Of a stretch of 64,000 nucleotides of DNA, positions 27,774 to 37,966 are shown one piece after another. The position numbers and the translations under genes are program-made. Each line of letters begins with the position of its first letter. Within the stretch, counting starts at the first letter, position 1. The DNA comes from an uncultured Gammaproteobacteria bacterium (GTDB taxonomy: Bacteria > Pseudomonadota > Gammaproteobacteria > Steroidobacterales > Steroidobacteraceae), in contig CAVQAZ010000007.1 in the NCBI GenBank assembly GCA_963710595.1, forward strand, positions 36,926 to 100,925, given 5' to 3'. The notes beneath the pieces are model-generated. The model had not been told where the DNA came from and searched no databases. It worked only from the letters and a program-made list of their open reading frames with translations.

Positions 27774-29024
27774 ATGAAACAATCCACGCGAACGAAAGCG
27801 AAATTGAGCACTGCAGTGGCGGCGATTCTATGCGCGCCGGCTTTATTCGCAGCCCCCTCAGCCGCGGATGATGCTGAAGCGCGCCGATCGGAAATCGCGT
27901 CACTGCGCGCGCAAGTCGAGTCGATGAGCGTCCGCTTGAAAGAATTGGAAGCGCCCGAGACTCGCGGCGCCGCTGTGACCTCGCCGGACAAGGTCAGTGC
28001 GAAGCAAGCAGTATCCGCAGCAAGCACTGAGCCCTTCAAATTCTTTGGCGAGGCGCGGGTGCGCGCGGAATCGATCGAAGAGGACGGAATGAAGCGGCGT
28101 GATCGCGATCGGCTGCGGGCGCGGGCGGGAGTGATTGTCCGAGTCACCGACAGCGTACAGGCTGGCACACGCATCTCCACGGGCGGACGGGATCCGCGCG
28201 GTTCGAATGCAACGCTCACCGGCGAAAGCACCAAGAAAGATGTCGACCTGGACCTGGCGTACGTGCAATGGCAATTGCGCAGTGGCGTGACCATGCGTGC
28301 GGGCAAGATGATCGACCCGATCTGGCGTCCCACGCACAGCCCGATGATGAGCGCCGAGGTTACGCCGGAAGGCTGGGCGGGAAACTTCGGCAGTGGCAAC
28401 GGCTGGTTCGGTGGCTTGGCGCGCTTCTGGCTCGAAGAGCGCCCCGCGGACGCGGATTCGTCGCGCTATGTCGCACAGCTGGGTTACAGCGCAACGTTCT
28501 CGCCGGGGCACCAGCTACGCATCGCGACCTCCTATCAGGACTTCAGCGAAGTGCGATTTCGCAAGCCCTTCTTCGATGGCGTGAACTCCTACGGCAACAG
28601 CCTGCTCAAGGACGGCTCCCTCGCCGCCGATTTCGACGTCGTCAGCCTGGCGGCGCAACTCGATACGCACGTGTTCTTGCAGCCCTTCAACTTGTTTGCG
28701 GACCTCGCTCGCAATATCGCTGCGGACGATCATCAAGGTGCGGCAAGCATTGGCGCAGCCATCGGCGATAGCACGGTGCCGCGTGGCTGGCTGGTCGCCT
28801 ACCACTACACATGGATTCAAAAGGACGCGCTGTTCGCGCAGATCGTGAACGCCGAATTCGGTTCCGGCAATACCGATTCGCGCGGGCACGGCATGAGAAT
28901 TTCTTACGGGCTGGCGAAGAATTGGACCGTGGGGCTGACGCTGGGCCGCAACGACGTCGACGTCGATGTCGGGCGGCAGCACACCTTCCAGCGCGCGCAG
29001 TTCGACCTGCACGCAAAGTACTGA
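27774..29024 (+). CDS. Putative outer-membrane porin
   Basis: Signal peptide, N-terminal coiled coil, amphipathic beta-strands (RDRDRLRARAGV, DLDLAYVQW), C-terminal FDLHAKY. Confidence 0.75.
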   Translation: MKQSTRTKAKLSTAVAAILCAPALFAAPSAADDAEARRSEIASLRAQVESMSVRLKELEAPETRGAAVTSPDKVSAKQAVSAASTEPFKFFGEARVRAESIEEDGMKRRDRDRLRARAGVIVRVTDSVQAGTRISTGGRDPRGSNATLTGESTKKDVDLDLAYVQWQLRSGVTMRAGKMIDPIWRPTHSPMMSAEVTPEGWAGNFGSGNGWFGGLARFWLEERPADADSSRYVAQLGYSATFSPGHQLRIATSYQDFSEVRFRKPFFDGVNSYGNSLLKDGSLAADFDVVSLAAQLDTHVFLQPFNLFADLARNIAADDHQGAASIGAAIGDSTVPRGWLVAYHYTWIQKDALFAQIVNAEFGSGNTDSRGHGMRISYGLAKNWTVGLTLGRNDVDVDVGRQHTFQRAQFDLHAKY

Positions 29025-29135
29025 ATGAATTTCGAGCCATCCCTCGCGACAGATCGCATATGCGTATCACCAACTCGAGTGTAAGAGCTTCGTGGCAGGA
29101 GTTCTAGCCGATCGGTTGACGTGGAGCTGGTAGAG

Positions 29136-30710
29136 TCAGCGTAAGAAGTCGCGCCGCAGCTCCCGTTTCAAGATCTTGCCGCTGGCGTTCTTGGGCAAGC
29201 GCTCCACGAAGTGGACTTGCTTTGGAGACTTGTAGCCGGCGAGCCGCGCACGACAGAATTTGATCAATTCATCGGCGTCAGCTGCTGCGCTTGGGCGCAG
29301 CACGATGACCGCAGTCACGGCTTCGATCCATACGGCATCGGGCAAGCCGAACACGGCCACCTCGGCCACGGCAGGATGCGCGTACAACACGTCTTCCACT
29401 TCGCGGCTGGCGACGTTTTCGCCGCCCGACTTGATCATATCCTTCTTGCGATCGACCACGCGCAAATAACCCTCTTCGTCCATCACACCAAGATCACCGC
29501 TATGAAACCAGCCATTGCGGAACGCGGCGGCGGTTTGCTCCGGAGCTTGCCAATAACCCAACATGGCATGCGGGCTGCGATGCACGATTTCACCCACGAC
29601 ACCTGCCGGGACCGGCTGATCGTCGTCGTCGACTACGCGTGTCTCGACATTGATCGCAGGTCGACCGGCTGAGCCGAGTTTGCGCAATTGATCCTCCGGC
29701 TTGAGCACAGTGGCCATCGGCGACAGCTCGGTCTGGCCGTAGAAGTTGAACAGTCGCAAGTGGGGCAACCGCTGCGTGAGCTCCCTGGTGATCTCCTCGG
29801 GCATGATCGACGCGCCGTAGTAGGCTTTGCGCAAGCTCGCCACTCGCATAGGATCGAGCTCAGGGTGCCGCAGCAGTGAGATCCAGACTGTCGGCGGCGC
29901 GAACATCGAATTCACTCGGTACTGTTCGATCGCCGAGAACAGCGCGGCCGGTTGTGGGCCGGCCAGGATGATGTTGGTCGCGCCAAGATACAGCCCGGGC
30001 ATCAGAAAACAATGTTGCTGAGCGCAGTGGTACAAAGGCAATGAATGGACCAATATGTCGTCCGCGCTCATTTCACCATCGACGATGCAGCTGACGTATT
30101 GCGCGATCAGCCCCCGGCTCGAAAGTGTTGCGCCCTTGGGCCGGGATTCAGTACCGCTGGTGTACATGATCTGTATCGGCTGGTCGTCAGCGACGCTGCG
30201 GACGACCGGCGAGTGATCCGCATGGCACAGCAATCTGGAGCAATCCTCCCAGTCCGCCGGCATGGCAGCGGCTGTTTCGGGAATCACGGCCTGCACTTTC
30301 AGCTTGCGGTCGATCGCCTGCAGCGCTGCGGTTGCGACTGGGAGTAACGCATCTTCCACGACCAAGCCGACTGCGCCGCTGTGCTCGAGGATGAAGGCGA
30401 CTTCGCTCGCATTGAGCATGAAATTGATGGGCACGGCGATCGCGCCCAACCGGGCCAGGGCCAGAGTCACGATTGCGTAGACGTGATTATTGTGAGACAG
30501 CAGCGCGATGCGTTCTCCTTCGCTGACACCCCGAGCGGCGAGCGCATTGGCCGTGCGATCGACCGTTCGCTCCAGCTCGGCGTAGGTCTGCTGAAAGGTC
30601 CCATAGATGATGGCAGTCTTATGCGGCATGCGCGCCGCCGTCCTTCTCAGCAGGTCACCGAGGGAATTCGAGCGGGCCTGGTGGATGAGAGCGCTGACGG
30701 AGTCGGTCAT
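29136..30710 (-). CDS. Acyl-CoA synthetase (AMP-forming)
   Basis: YTSGTESRPKG, YGQTE, WFHSGD, GGENV, PKNASGKI. Confidence 0.92.
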   Translation of the reverse strand: MTDSVSALIHQARSNSLGDLLRRTAARMPHKTAIIYGTFQQTYAELERTVDRTANALAARGVSEGERIALLSHNNHVYAIVTLALARLGAIAVPINFMLNASEVAFILEHSGAVGLVVEDALLPVATAALQAIDRKLKVQAVIPETAAAMPADWEDCSRLLCHADHSPVVRSVADDQPIQIMYTSGTESRPKGATLSSRGLIAQYVSCIVDGEMSADDILVHSLPLYHCAQQHCFLMPGLYLGATNIILAGPQPAALFSAIEQYRVNSMFAPPTVWISLLRHPELDPMRVASLRKAYYGASIMPEEITRELTQRLPHLRLFNFYGQTELSPMATVLKPEDQLRKLGSAGRPAINVETRVVDDDDQPVPAGVVGEIVHRSPHAMLGYWQAPEQTAAAFRNGWFHSGDLGVMDEEGYLRVVDRKKDMIKSGGENVASREVEDVLYAHPAVAEVAVFGLPDAVWIEAVTAVIVLRPSAAADADELIKFCRARLAGYKSPKQVHFVERLPKNASGKILKRELRRDFLR

Positions 30711-31297
30711 GGTTGCTCCGGGGCGATTCGCGTGAGCGCTTTGCTGACCTGCGCATTCGCTTGATCGGATGAGCCTTCAAAGCCCACGGCGTAAAGCAGG
30801 AAAGGCGCGAACAGCGTCCACCCCAGGCTGAGCGCCGCGCTGATCGCAGCGTTCATCTGGGCGCGGGTTTGTTTGTCTCGCCCTTTCGTTTCGGCCAGCA
30901 ACCGCTGCGTCAACTTGGCGACACCGCCTTCATCCAAGGCGAATTCTGCGGGCGGATGACCGCTCAGCAGCAACTGCGCCAGGATCTTGGTGAACGCCGG
31001 GCGCGCGGTCACCATTTCGAACATGTGTTGCACGGCCTCGCTCGCGTCGGCGCTTCCGTTCACCGCTTCGCGGAACGCGACCGCGTGCTCCATGAGGACT
31101 TCCTGCAGCAATTTTTCCTTGGAACCGAAATGACGATGCACCAATGCGTGATTGACGCCCGCATGCGCGGCCACATCGCGCACCGACACATCATCCGGAC
31201 CTTTGCGACCGAACAATTCATTTGCGGCCTCCAATAACGCCGCTTTCACCTCGTCGCGGCCACGAGGCCGGAGCTCCGCCGATTTCTGGTTTGACAT
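30707..31297 (-). CDS. TetR-family regulator
   Basis: Start reset to MSNQKS; VSVRDVAAHAGVNHALVHRHFGSKEKL. Confidence 0.9.
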   Translation of the reverse strand: MSNQKSAELRPRGRDEVKAALLEAANELFGRKGPDDVSVRDVAAHAGVNHALVHRHFGSKEKLLQEVLMEHAVAFREAVNGSADASEAVQHMFEMVTARPAFTKILAQLLLSGHPPAEFALDEGGVAKLTQRLLAETKGRDKQTRAQMNAAISAALSLGWTLFAPFLLYAVGFEGSSDQANAQVSKALTRIAPEQP

Positions 31298-31301
31298 CAC
31301 T

Positions 31302-31343
31302 GTAGTCGCCTGGTTACACTTTGCCGTAGTCGAGTGGTTACAC
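31302..31343. promoter_or_regulatory. Two tandem candidate TetR operators in the divergent promoter
   Basis: GTAGTCGCCTGGTTACAC (31302-31319) and GTAGTCGAGTGGTTACAC (31326-31343); each has GTA...TAC symmetry. Confidence 0.6.
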
Positions 31344-31393
31344 CGCATGATCGCGCAGAAAACAGCGATTTACAATCACGGGGGGCGTGGGGG

Positions 31394-32254
31394 ATGCGAA
31401 TAGCAAGCATCAGGCGCGGGTCTGCCACGGCCATCGCCGCAGGGCTGCCGGATGGCTCCGCCTACGATGTGACCGGCAGCGCCGGCGGACCTCGCACGAT
31501 CGCCCAGGCGATGGTCGAGGCAATGTCAGGCGTGCTTGCTCAGCGGCTCGCCGATTGCGAACGAATCGATTTCTCTGCGCAGACGCTGCTGCGACCGGTC
31601 GATGACGACGCGCGCATTCTCTGCGCTGGATTCAATTTCGCAGCGCACGCCAGCGAGTCCGATCGCCAAACTCCGTCGCAACCCACTTTCTTCACGCGTT
31701 TTGCCTCGAGTCTGGTCGGGCCGTCGGAACCGATCGTACGTCCTGTAGCATCCGAATGCCTGGACTGGGAAGGCGAGCTCGCAGTTGTCATCGGTCGCGC
31801 TGGCCGCGCAATCGCGCGCGAGCATGCGCTCTCGCATGTGGGCGGTTACGTCTGCTTCGGCGACCACAGTGCTCGCGACTTTCAACTGCACAGCACGCAG
31901 GCGACAGCAGGCAAGAACTTCGATCGCTCCGGCACGATCGGCCCCTGGATCGTTACCCCGGATCAGGCACCGCAGCCCGGCCAGCTGGAAGTCTTCACTC
32001 GGCTCAACGGCGAACAGATGCAGCACGGGCGCTTGTCGCAGCTCGTGTTCGATATTCCAGCACTCATCGCCTACGCGTCGACATTCATGGCGTTGCGGCC
32101 CGGCGATGTGATTGCAACCGGCACACCCTCCGGAATCGGCGCCCGCCGCAAGCCGCCACGCTGGCTGCGCGGCGGCGACGAGATCGCAGTTGAAGTGCCG
32201 GGCGTGGGACTGCTGACCAACCGTGTGATCGAAGAGAAAGGAGCCGACTCATGA
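31394..32254 (+). CDS. Fumarylacetoacetate hydrolase family protein
   Basis: Start reset to MRIASIR; CAGFNFAAH, LDWEGELAVVIG, GKNFDRSG, GDVIATGTP. Confidence 0.9.
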   Translation: MRIASIRRGSATAIAAGLPDGSAYDVTGSAGGPRTIAQAMVEAMSGVLAQRLADCERIDFSAQTLLRPVDDDARILCAGFNFAAHASESDRQTPSQPTFFTRFASSLVGPSEPIVRPVASECLDWEGELAVVIGRAGRAIAREHALSHVGGYVCFGDHSARDFQLHSTQATAGKNFDRSGTIGPWIVTPDQAPQPGQLEVFTRLNGEQMQHGRLSQLVFDIPALIAYASTFMALRPGDVIATGTPSGIGARRKPPRWLRGGDEIAVEVPGVGLLTNRVIEEKGADS

Positions 32255-33240
32255 GCAGCGCGCGCTGGATCACTGAAGCGGAAGTCGTCGGCCTGCTCAG
32301 CCTCGAAGAGGCTCTTGCCGCGCTCGAGTCCGGGCTGGTGCGATTACAAACACCGGATGCAGTCACGATCCCCAAGGCGATGCACGCATGGCCCGGTGGC
32401 AGCGTGCATTCGTTGGGAGCATTCGATGGCACCACCGGCCTTGCCTGCTTCAAGAACTGGATCAATACACCTGCAGGCGCAGTCGCACTGCTGGTTCTGT
32501 TCGACACCGCCACCGGTGCGCTGCGCGCCATCATCGAAGCTGGCGCACTCGGCGCGATGCGAACTTCCGGAGTAACCGCGCTGGCGACTCGCGAGCTTTC
32601 CGCAGAGGGCGCAGACGAAATAGCAATTCTGGGTTCGGGCCGGCAGGCACAGCTGCAACTCGCGGCGATTGCGCTGGTACGCCCGCCGGCACGGGTTCGA
32701 TTCTGGTCGCCCACTCCTGAGAAGCGCGCTGCTGCGGCTATCGCAGCGTCGCAGCGCTTTGGCGTGAGCGCCGTGGCGGCCGAAACGCTCGAGGCTGCTA
32801 CCAAGGGCGCAGCGATCATTGCCTCCGTCACGCGCGCCCGCGAACCATTTCTCATGCTCGACCACATTGCACACGGGGCGCACATCAATGCAGTCGGCGC
32901 AATCCTGCCAGGATTTGCCGAAGTAGAACCGAACGTGCTCGCGGCCGCCGACATCCTCGCCGCTGACAGCGTCGCTGCTGTAAGCAAGTTGCGCGAAGTC
33001 AGCGAGGCAGCGGCACTCGACCCGGGCCTGGCGGCTCGCTGCCACGATCTCTCCACATTGCTCGCTACTCCCGGACGCAATCGGCCCGCAGCGCCGCGGC
33101 TTACGGCATTCAAGTCGATCGGCATCGGCGCCTCCGACCTGGCGATCGCGGGTGAAGTATTGCGACGCGCGGAAAGTCAGAACGTCGGCCGGGCGATTGA
33201 AAAGCCCTTTCCCATGGCGCCACGCTGGCGTCGCAGCTGA
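32251..33240 (+). CDS. Ornithine cyclodeaminase/mu-crystallin family protein
   Basis: GAMRTSG, ILGSGRQA, HINAVGA, FKSIGIGASD. Confidence 0.85.
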   Translation: MSSARWITEAEVVGLLSLEEALAALESGLVRLQTPDAVTIPKAMHAWPGGSVHSLGAFDGTTGLACFKNWINTPAGAVALLVLFDTATGALRAIIEAGALGAMRTSGVTALATRELSAEGADEIAILGSGRQAQLQLAAIALVRPPARVRFWSPTPEKRAAAAIAASQRFGVSAVAAETLEAATKGAAIIASVTRAREPFLMLDHIAHGAHINAVGAILPGFAEVEPNVLAAADILAADSVAAVSKLREVSEAAALDPGLAARCHDLSTLLATPGRNRPAAPRLTAFKSIGIGASDLAIAGEVLRRAESQNVGRAIEKPFPMAPRWRRS

Positions 33241-33252
33241 AGGATTCGATCC

Positions 33253-34383
33253 ATGCTCAACGCCTCCTGTTCCTCGGATCTCGTCGACACCCGTACGTTC
33301 CAGGCGCGGCCAAACCAAGCCTGGCCGGTACACGTCATTCGCGCATCCGCGATCACTGAGGCGCTGGCGCGGCTGCAGCTCGGAGCCGCCGGGGAAAACG
33401 GGCGGCGGGAAGTTCTCGCTGTGCATCCCATGAGCCGCGAGCCAGGCCTCGGCCTCGCGCCGAGCACTGCAGTGAGTTTCGGAGTGCTCTTGCCAGGAGA
33501 GCGGACGCGAGCACGCCGACGTAACGCATCGAGTTTTTCCATGGCGCTGGCAGGGACCGGAGTAGTGCATGTCGACGGGCAGCATTTCCCGCTCACTCGA
33601 TGGGACAGCTGGAATACGCCCGGGATGCGCACTGAGATTCTGGAGAACACCGGCGCGAATGCCTTTGTCTATATCAGCTATTCGAACGCGCCCGTGCTGC
33701 AGAAGCTCGAAGTTCTGTTCGAGGAGCTCGATCCGCCGACAGCCGAGGCTGCGGAAAGGGAGCGTGCCGTGACGACGGAACTCGCAGCCAAGACTGCGCG
33801 TGCCAAACAGCTCGCCGGCGATGCGATTGCGATCGGCACCACCGGGGCGATGCTGCTGCCCTATGAGCATCTCATCGACCCCGACTTCATCGAGTCGCGC
33901 GCGCTGCTCTGGAAGTGGAGCGAGGTGGGTCCGCATCTCGGCCTGGTACGCTCCCTGGGCCAAGGCTATACCGGCCGGCCCCTGTGGTGTCTCTACAACC
34001 CGGCCACTGAGCGGCGCAACGGCACGACATTTTCTTTCTTCGCGACGATCACTTCGGCCGCTCCTAACCTCATCGGCCCCGCTCACCGACACATTTCCGC
34101 CGCCATCAATTTCATCCTCGAAGGCGGCGGCTGGAGCATCGTCGACGGCCAACGTGTCGAATGGAGCGCAGGCGACATCATGCTCTCCGCACCCGGCTGG
34201 GCACCCCACGGTCATGCGATGGGCCCGGAGGGCAGCATCGTGCTCACGGTGCAGGACCATCCGCTGCACATCGGCGCCGAATCGCTGATCTGGCAGGAAG
34301 ATCTCAAAGCCGGGCCCATCCTGACGCTGGGCACTCAAGCGGGCTTCCAGACGAATCTGGCCCAATTTCGCGCCTCGAGGTGA
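33253..34383 (+). CDS. Bicupin, gentisate 1,2-dioxygenase-like putative ring-cleavage enzyme
   Basis: C-terminal cupin PAHRH...PGWAPHGH; the N-terminal cupin lacks the His ligands. Confidence 0.7.
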   Translation: MLNASCSSDLVDTRTFQARPNQAWPVHVIRASAITEALARLQLGAAGENGRREVLAVHPMSREPGLGLAPSTAVSFGVLLPGERTRARRRNASSFSMALAGTGVVHVDGQHFPLTRWDSWNTPGMRTEILENTGANAFVYISYSNAPVLQKLEVLFEELDPPTAEAAERERAVTTELAAKTARAKQLAGDAIAIGTTGAMLLPYEHLIDPDFIESRALLWKWSEVGPHLGLVRSLGQGYTGRPLWCLYNPATERRNGTTFSFFATITSAAPNLIGPAHRHISAAINFILEGGGWSIVDGQRVEWSAGDIMLSAPGWAPHGHAMGPEGSIVLTVQDHPLHIGAESLIWQEDLKAGPILTLGTQAGFQTNLAQFRASR

Positions 34384-34389
34384 GCTGTC

Positions 34390-35604
34390 ATGTTCGATCC
34401 GGTGCAATTCGCAGCGCTGCAGAATCGCTTTCCCTCATACCGCCGCCTGCGCGATGAGATGCCCGTTCTCAAGGTCGAGCTCGGTCCTGTATCGGTGTGG
34501 CTGCTGACTCGCTATGAGGATGTGGCAGCCATCCTGCGCAACCCGCAATCACGAGTGAAGCCACTCGATGCGGGCGGCGATCCTGCCGGGCTTGGCAACG
34601 GCGCGGCCGCTGCGATGTTCAATGCGCAGCTGGTGCTGTCGGACCCGCCCGATCACGATCGCCTGCGGCGTCTCGTCAGCCCTGCGTTCACGCTGCAAGC
34701 CATCAAACCGCTGCAGGCGTGGATCGAAGCCCTGGTCGCGCAACGTATCGATGAACTGGCCGAGCGGCAGGAGTTCGATCTCGTGGCCGATCTCGCGGCA
34801 TATGTGCCCGCCTCGACCATCCTGCACATCCTCGGCGTGCCGATCAGCGACTGGCAGCCATTGATCTCACGGGTGCCGGATTTCCTGAATTTCTTCTCAC
34901 CCTTTCCCATCAGCCGGCAGCAGCGGGATGCTTGCGAGGCGGCATGCCAGTTCTACATCGACTACTTCGGCGCAATCGTCGATGAGCGCCGCGCAGCTCC
35001 TGGCGATGACATCATCGGCACGCTGATCACCGCTCACCATCAGAACGACCAGCTCAGCCGCATCGAGCTGCTGGCGATCCTGCACGCGTTCCTCAACGCC
35101 GGCTTCGAAACCACGATGAGCGCCCTGGGCTCCGGCATGTGGGGCATGCTGTCGCAACGCGACCCGTGGCAGCAACTTTGCGCCGACCCGAGCCTCGCCG
35201 CCGCGGCACTCGAGGAGACCTTGCGCTGGGAAGCACCGATCCATTTTCTCAGGCGCTACCCGGTTCAGGATGTCACGTTGCACGGTGCCACCATCCGTGC
35301 GGGCGAAGCCGTCCTGCTCGGCTTGGCCTCGGCCAACCGCGACGAACGCAGGTTTCCCGATCCGGATCGCATCGACATTCAGCGCACCGACAAAGCACAT
35401 GTGACATTTGGCGGCGGCCGTCATTTCTGCATCGGCGCGCAGCTCGCAAAACTGGAAGCCCGCACGACGTTGGCAACGCTCGCGCGCAAGCTGCCGCAGC
35501 TGGAGCTCATGGAGACTGAACCGGAGCGCCAGGTGAACCTGATGTTCCATGCAATCAAGCAAATGAGAGTGCACGCCGGAACACCTCGCGCCGCGCAACG
35601 GTGA
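34390..35604 (+). CDS. Cytochrome P450
   Basis: DPPDHDRLRR, AGFETT, EETLR, FGGGRHFCIG. Confidence 0.95.
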   Translation: MFDPVQFAALQNRFPSYRRLRDEMPVLKVELGPVSVWLLTRYEDVAAILRNPQSRVKPLDAGGDPAGLGNGAAAAMFNAQLVLSDPPDHDRLRRLVSPAFTLQAIKPLQAWIEALVAQRIDELAERQEFDLVADLAAYVPASTILHILGVPISDWQPLISRVPDFLNFFSPFPISRQQRDACEAACQFYIDYFGAIVDERRAAPGDDIIGTLITAHHQNDQLSRIELLAILHAFLNAGFETTMSALGSGMWGMLSQRDPWQQLCADPSLAAAALEETLRWEAPIHFLRRYPVQDVTLHGATIRAGEAVLLGLASANRDERRFPDPDRIDIQRTDKAHVTFGGGRHFCIGAQLAKLEARTTLATLARKLPQLELMETEPERQVNLMFHAIKQMRVHAGTPRAAQR

Positions 35605-35663
35605 GCCGATGATCGCGATACGGTGCGGCCACGACCGCACCGGTCAATATATCAACCAGGGGG

Positions 35664-37943
35664 ATGTACAAAATGAAACGAATCATGCGAGATCGCGCCG
35701 TCACCGAACGTGACGCGCTGTTGATTGGCTTCGCCACGCTGGCATTGAGCCATGCCTCGAGCACATTGGCGCAATCGGTTACCGCACCGGCGGAGCAGAG
35801 CGCCGGCCCGCAACTGGAAGAAGTCCTGGTCACGGCACAGCGGCGCGAGGAGAGTGCACAGGACGTGCCCGTCTCACTGACTGCGGTCAGCGCCGCGATG
35901 ATCGAAGCCGCTGGCGTGCAAACGCTCGAAGATCTCACCCGCGGCATCGTCGGCATTCAATACGACTCCGGCTCCACGCAGCGAAACGAGTTGTACATTC
36001 GCGGCATCGGCACCAACCGCTTCGATATCGGCGCCGACCCGTCCTCGGGTGTATACATCGACGAGATCTATCAGCCGCGCTTCGCCGACGTGCTGACCGG
36101 CCTCCTGGACGTCGAACGCGTCGAGGTTCTGCGCGGGCCGCAGGGCACACTGTTCGGCCGCAACACCATCGGCGGCGCAGTCTCGGTGTTCACTGCAAAT
36201 CCCGACGACAGCTTCAACGGCAAGGCCGCAGCGACCGTCGGCAGCGAGCAGCTGGTCGACTTCGCGGGCACGCTCAGTGGGCCGATCAGCGATCGGACGT
36301 CGGCGCGCTTGACTGCCAGCTATCGCAATCGCGACGGGTTCATGCGTGACACGGTGAGCGGACGGACCGATGCCGTCGAATCCATCGCCACCCGCGGCAA
36401 GCTGCACTTCAATCTCGGCACCGGGCTGACGTTGGGCATCAGCGGCGCCTACTTCGAGAGCACGCAGGATGCCATGCTCGGCAATCCGGAAAGTCTGCCG
36501 CTGTTTATCGGCGGCCCGCTTACAGCGCAGGTACTCGATGGCGACAAGTACCGGGGCGCGTACAACATACCGGGCAGCAACGAGATCGAGAACGCCCAAC
36601 TCGCGGCGCGCCTCACCTGGCAGACCTCGGCGGCCGACGTGGTCCTGCTCGGCAGCTACATCAGCTTCGACCAGTCAACCGCGCAGGACCTGGACGGCTC
36701 CTTCAACGACAACATCAACTACTGGGGACACAGCGAGAGCGACAGCTACAGCCTGGAGCTGCGCTTCGCTTCGGTGACCGATGGCGCGCTGACGTTCGGC
36801 GATCGTTTGCGCTGGGTGGGCGGAATCTTCTATTTCGGCGACGACGGTACCGAGCAAACCGACCTGCAATGGGGGCCTGACAGCTTACCCGCCTTCGTGT
36901 TCGACAATCCCACGCTTTCGCCGCCCTTCACCGCTCCAAGCTCGCGTTCCACGGACCGCATGTTCGTCGCCAGCGAAGTCAGCAGTGTAGCGGTTTACGC
37001 GCAAGGCACGTTCGATCTCACCGATCGTCTGGCACTGACCGGCGGCGCGCGCTGGACGCGAGACGAGCGTGATTTCAGCTTTCGCGGCGATAGTTCCATC
37101 CCTGGCTTCGTCTTCGTGCCGGCGGACTTCATCGTGCACGGCAACCCCACGTCCGAGTCGTTCGATCCCAAAGTCAGCCTGGAGCTGCGTCCGCTGCAGG
37201 ACGTGCTGCTGTATGTCTCGTACAGCCAGGGTTACAAGACCGGCTCGATCCAATCGACGGCTTTCGACGCGACGATCGCCTCGCGCACGACGCAGCCGGA
37301 ACAGGTCGAAGCGGTGGAAGTGGGCATCAAGTCCGACCTGTTCGAGCGGCGCGTACGGGTCAATCTGGCGGCGTTCCAGAACGATTTCGAGGACCTGCAG
37401 GTGCGCCGGGTGGTGACCTTCCCGAGCGGCTTTTCTTCTGCGATTTCGGAGAACGCCGCGAGCAGCACGATTCGCGGCGTCGAGCTCGAAACGTCGTGGC
37501 TGCTGTCATCCAGCTGGCGCCTCAACGCCAGTTACGCCTACCTGGATGCCAACTACGAAACCTATGTCGTCGATGCCGCCGCCGGCATCATCTTCAGCGG
37601 CAACCGCCTGCCGCGTGCGCCGGAGCACCGCTTCAACGTCGATGCAACCTACACGATCGCGTTCAGCGGCGGCTCGACACTCGATCTGCGCGGCGCCTAC
37701 AACTGGACGGGCGAGTTCTTCTTCCAGCCGTCCAACTCCGCTATCGAGCGCGAGGCGGCGTACGGTCTGACGGATGTATCGGCGACCTTCGCCTTTGCCA
37801 ATCGCAATACGACCTTGCAGCTGTGGGGCCGCAACGTGCTCGATGAAGAGTATCGAACCTATCTCGATCCCCTGGACCGCGAGCGCGTGGCGATCTACGG
37901 CGATCGTCGCACCTACGGAATCACGCTCTCGCAATCCTTCTGA
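35664..37943 (+). CDS. TonB-dependent receptor
   Basis: LEEVLVTAQRREE TonB-box region, VEVLRGPQGTLFGRN, C-terminal RTYGITLSQSF. Confidence 0.95.
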   Translation: MYKMKRIMRDRAVTERDALLIGFATLALSHASSTLAQSVTAPAEQSAGPQLEEVLVTAQRREESAQDVPVSLTAVSAAMIEAAGVQTLEDLTRGIVGIQYDSGSTQRNELYIRGIGTNRFDIGADPSSGVYIDEIYQPRFADVLTGLLDVERVEVLRGPQGTLFGRNTIGGAVSVFTANPDDSFNGKAAATVGSEQLVDFAGTLSGPISDRTSARLTASYRNRDGFMRDTVSGRTDAVESIATRGKLHFNLGTGLTLGISGAYFESTQDAMLGNPESLPLFIGGPLTAQVLDGDKYRGAYNIPGSNEIENAQLAARLTWQTSAADVVLLGSYISFDQSTAQDLDGSFNDNINYWGHSESDSYSLELRFASVTDGALTFGDRLRWVGGIFYFGDDGTEQTDLQWGPDSLPAFVFDNPTLSPPFTAPSSRSTDRMFVASEVSSVAVYAQGTFDLTDRLALTGGARWTRDERDFSFRGDSSIPGFVFVPADFIVHGNPTSESFDPKVSLELRPLQDVLLYVSYSQGYKTGSIQSTAFDATIASRTTQPEQVEAVEVGIKSDLFERRVRVNLAAFQNDFEDLQVRRVVTFPSGFSSAISENAASSTIRGVELETSWLLSSSWRLNASYAYLDANYETYVVDAAAGIIFSGNRLPRAPEHRFNVDATYTIAFSGGSTLDLRGAYNWTGEFFFQPSNSAIEREAAYGLTDVSATFAFANRNTTLQLWGRNVLDEEYRTYLDPLDRERVAIYGDRRTYGITLSQSF

Positions 37944-37966
37944 CCCGCCAACCACGGAGCTGAATT

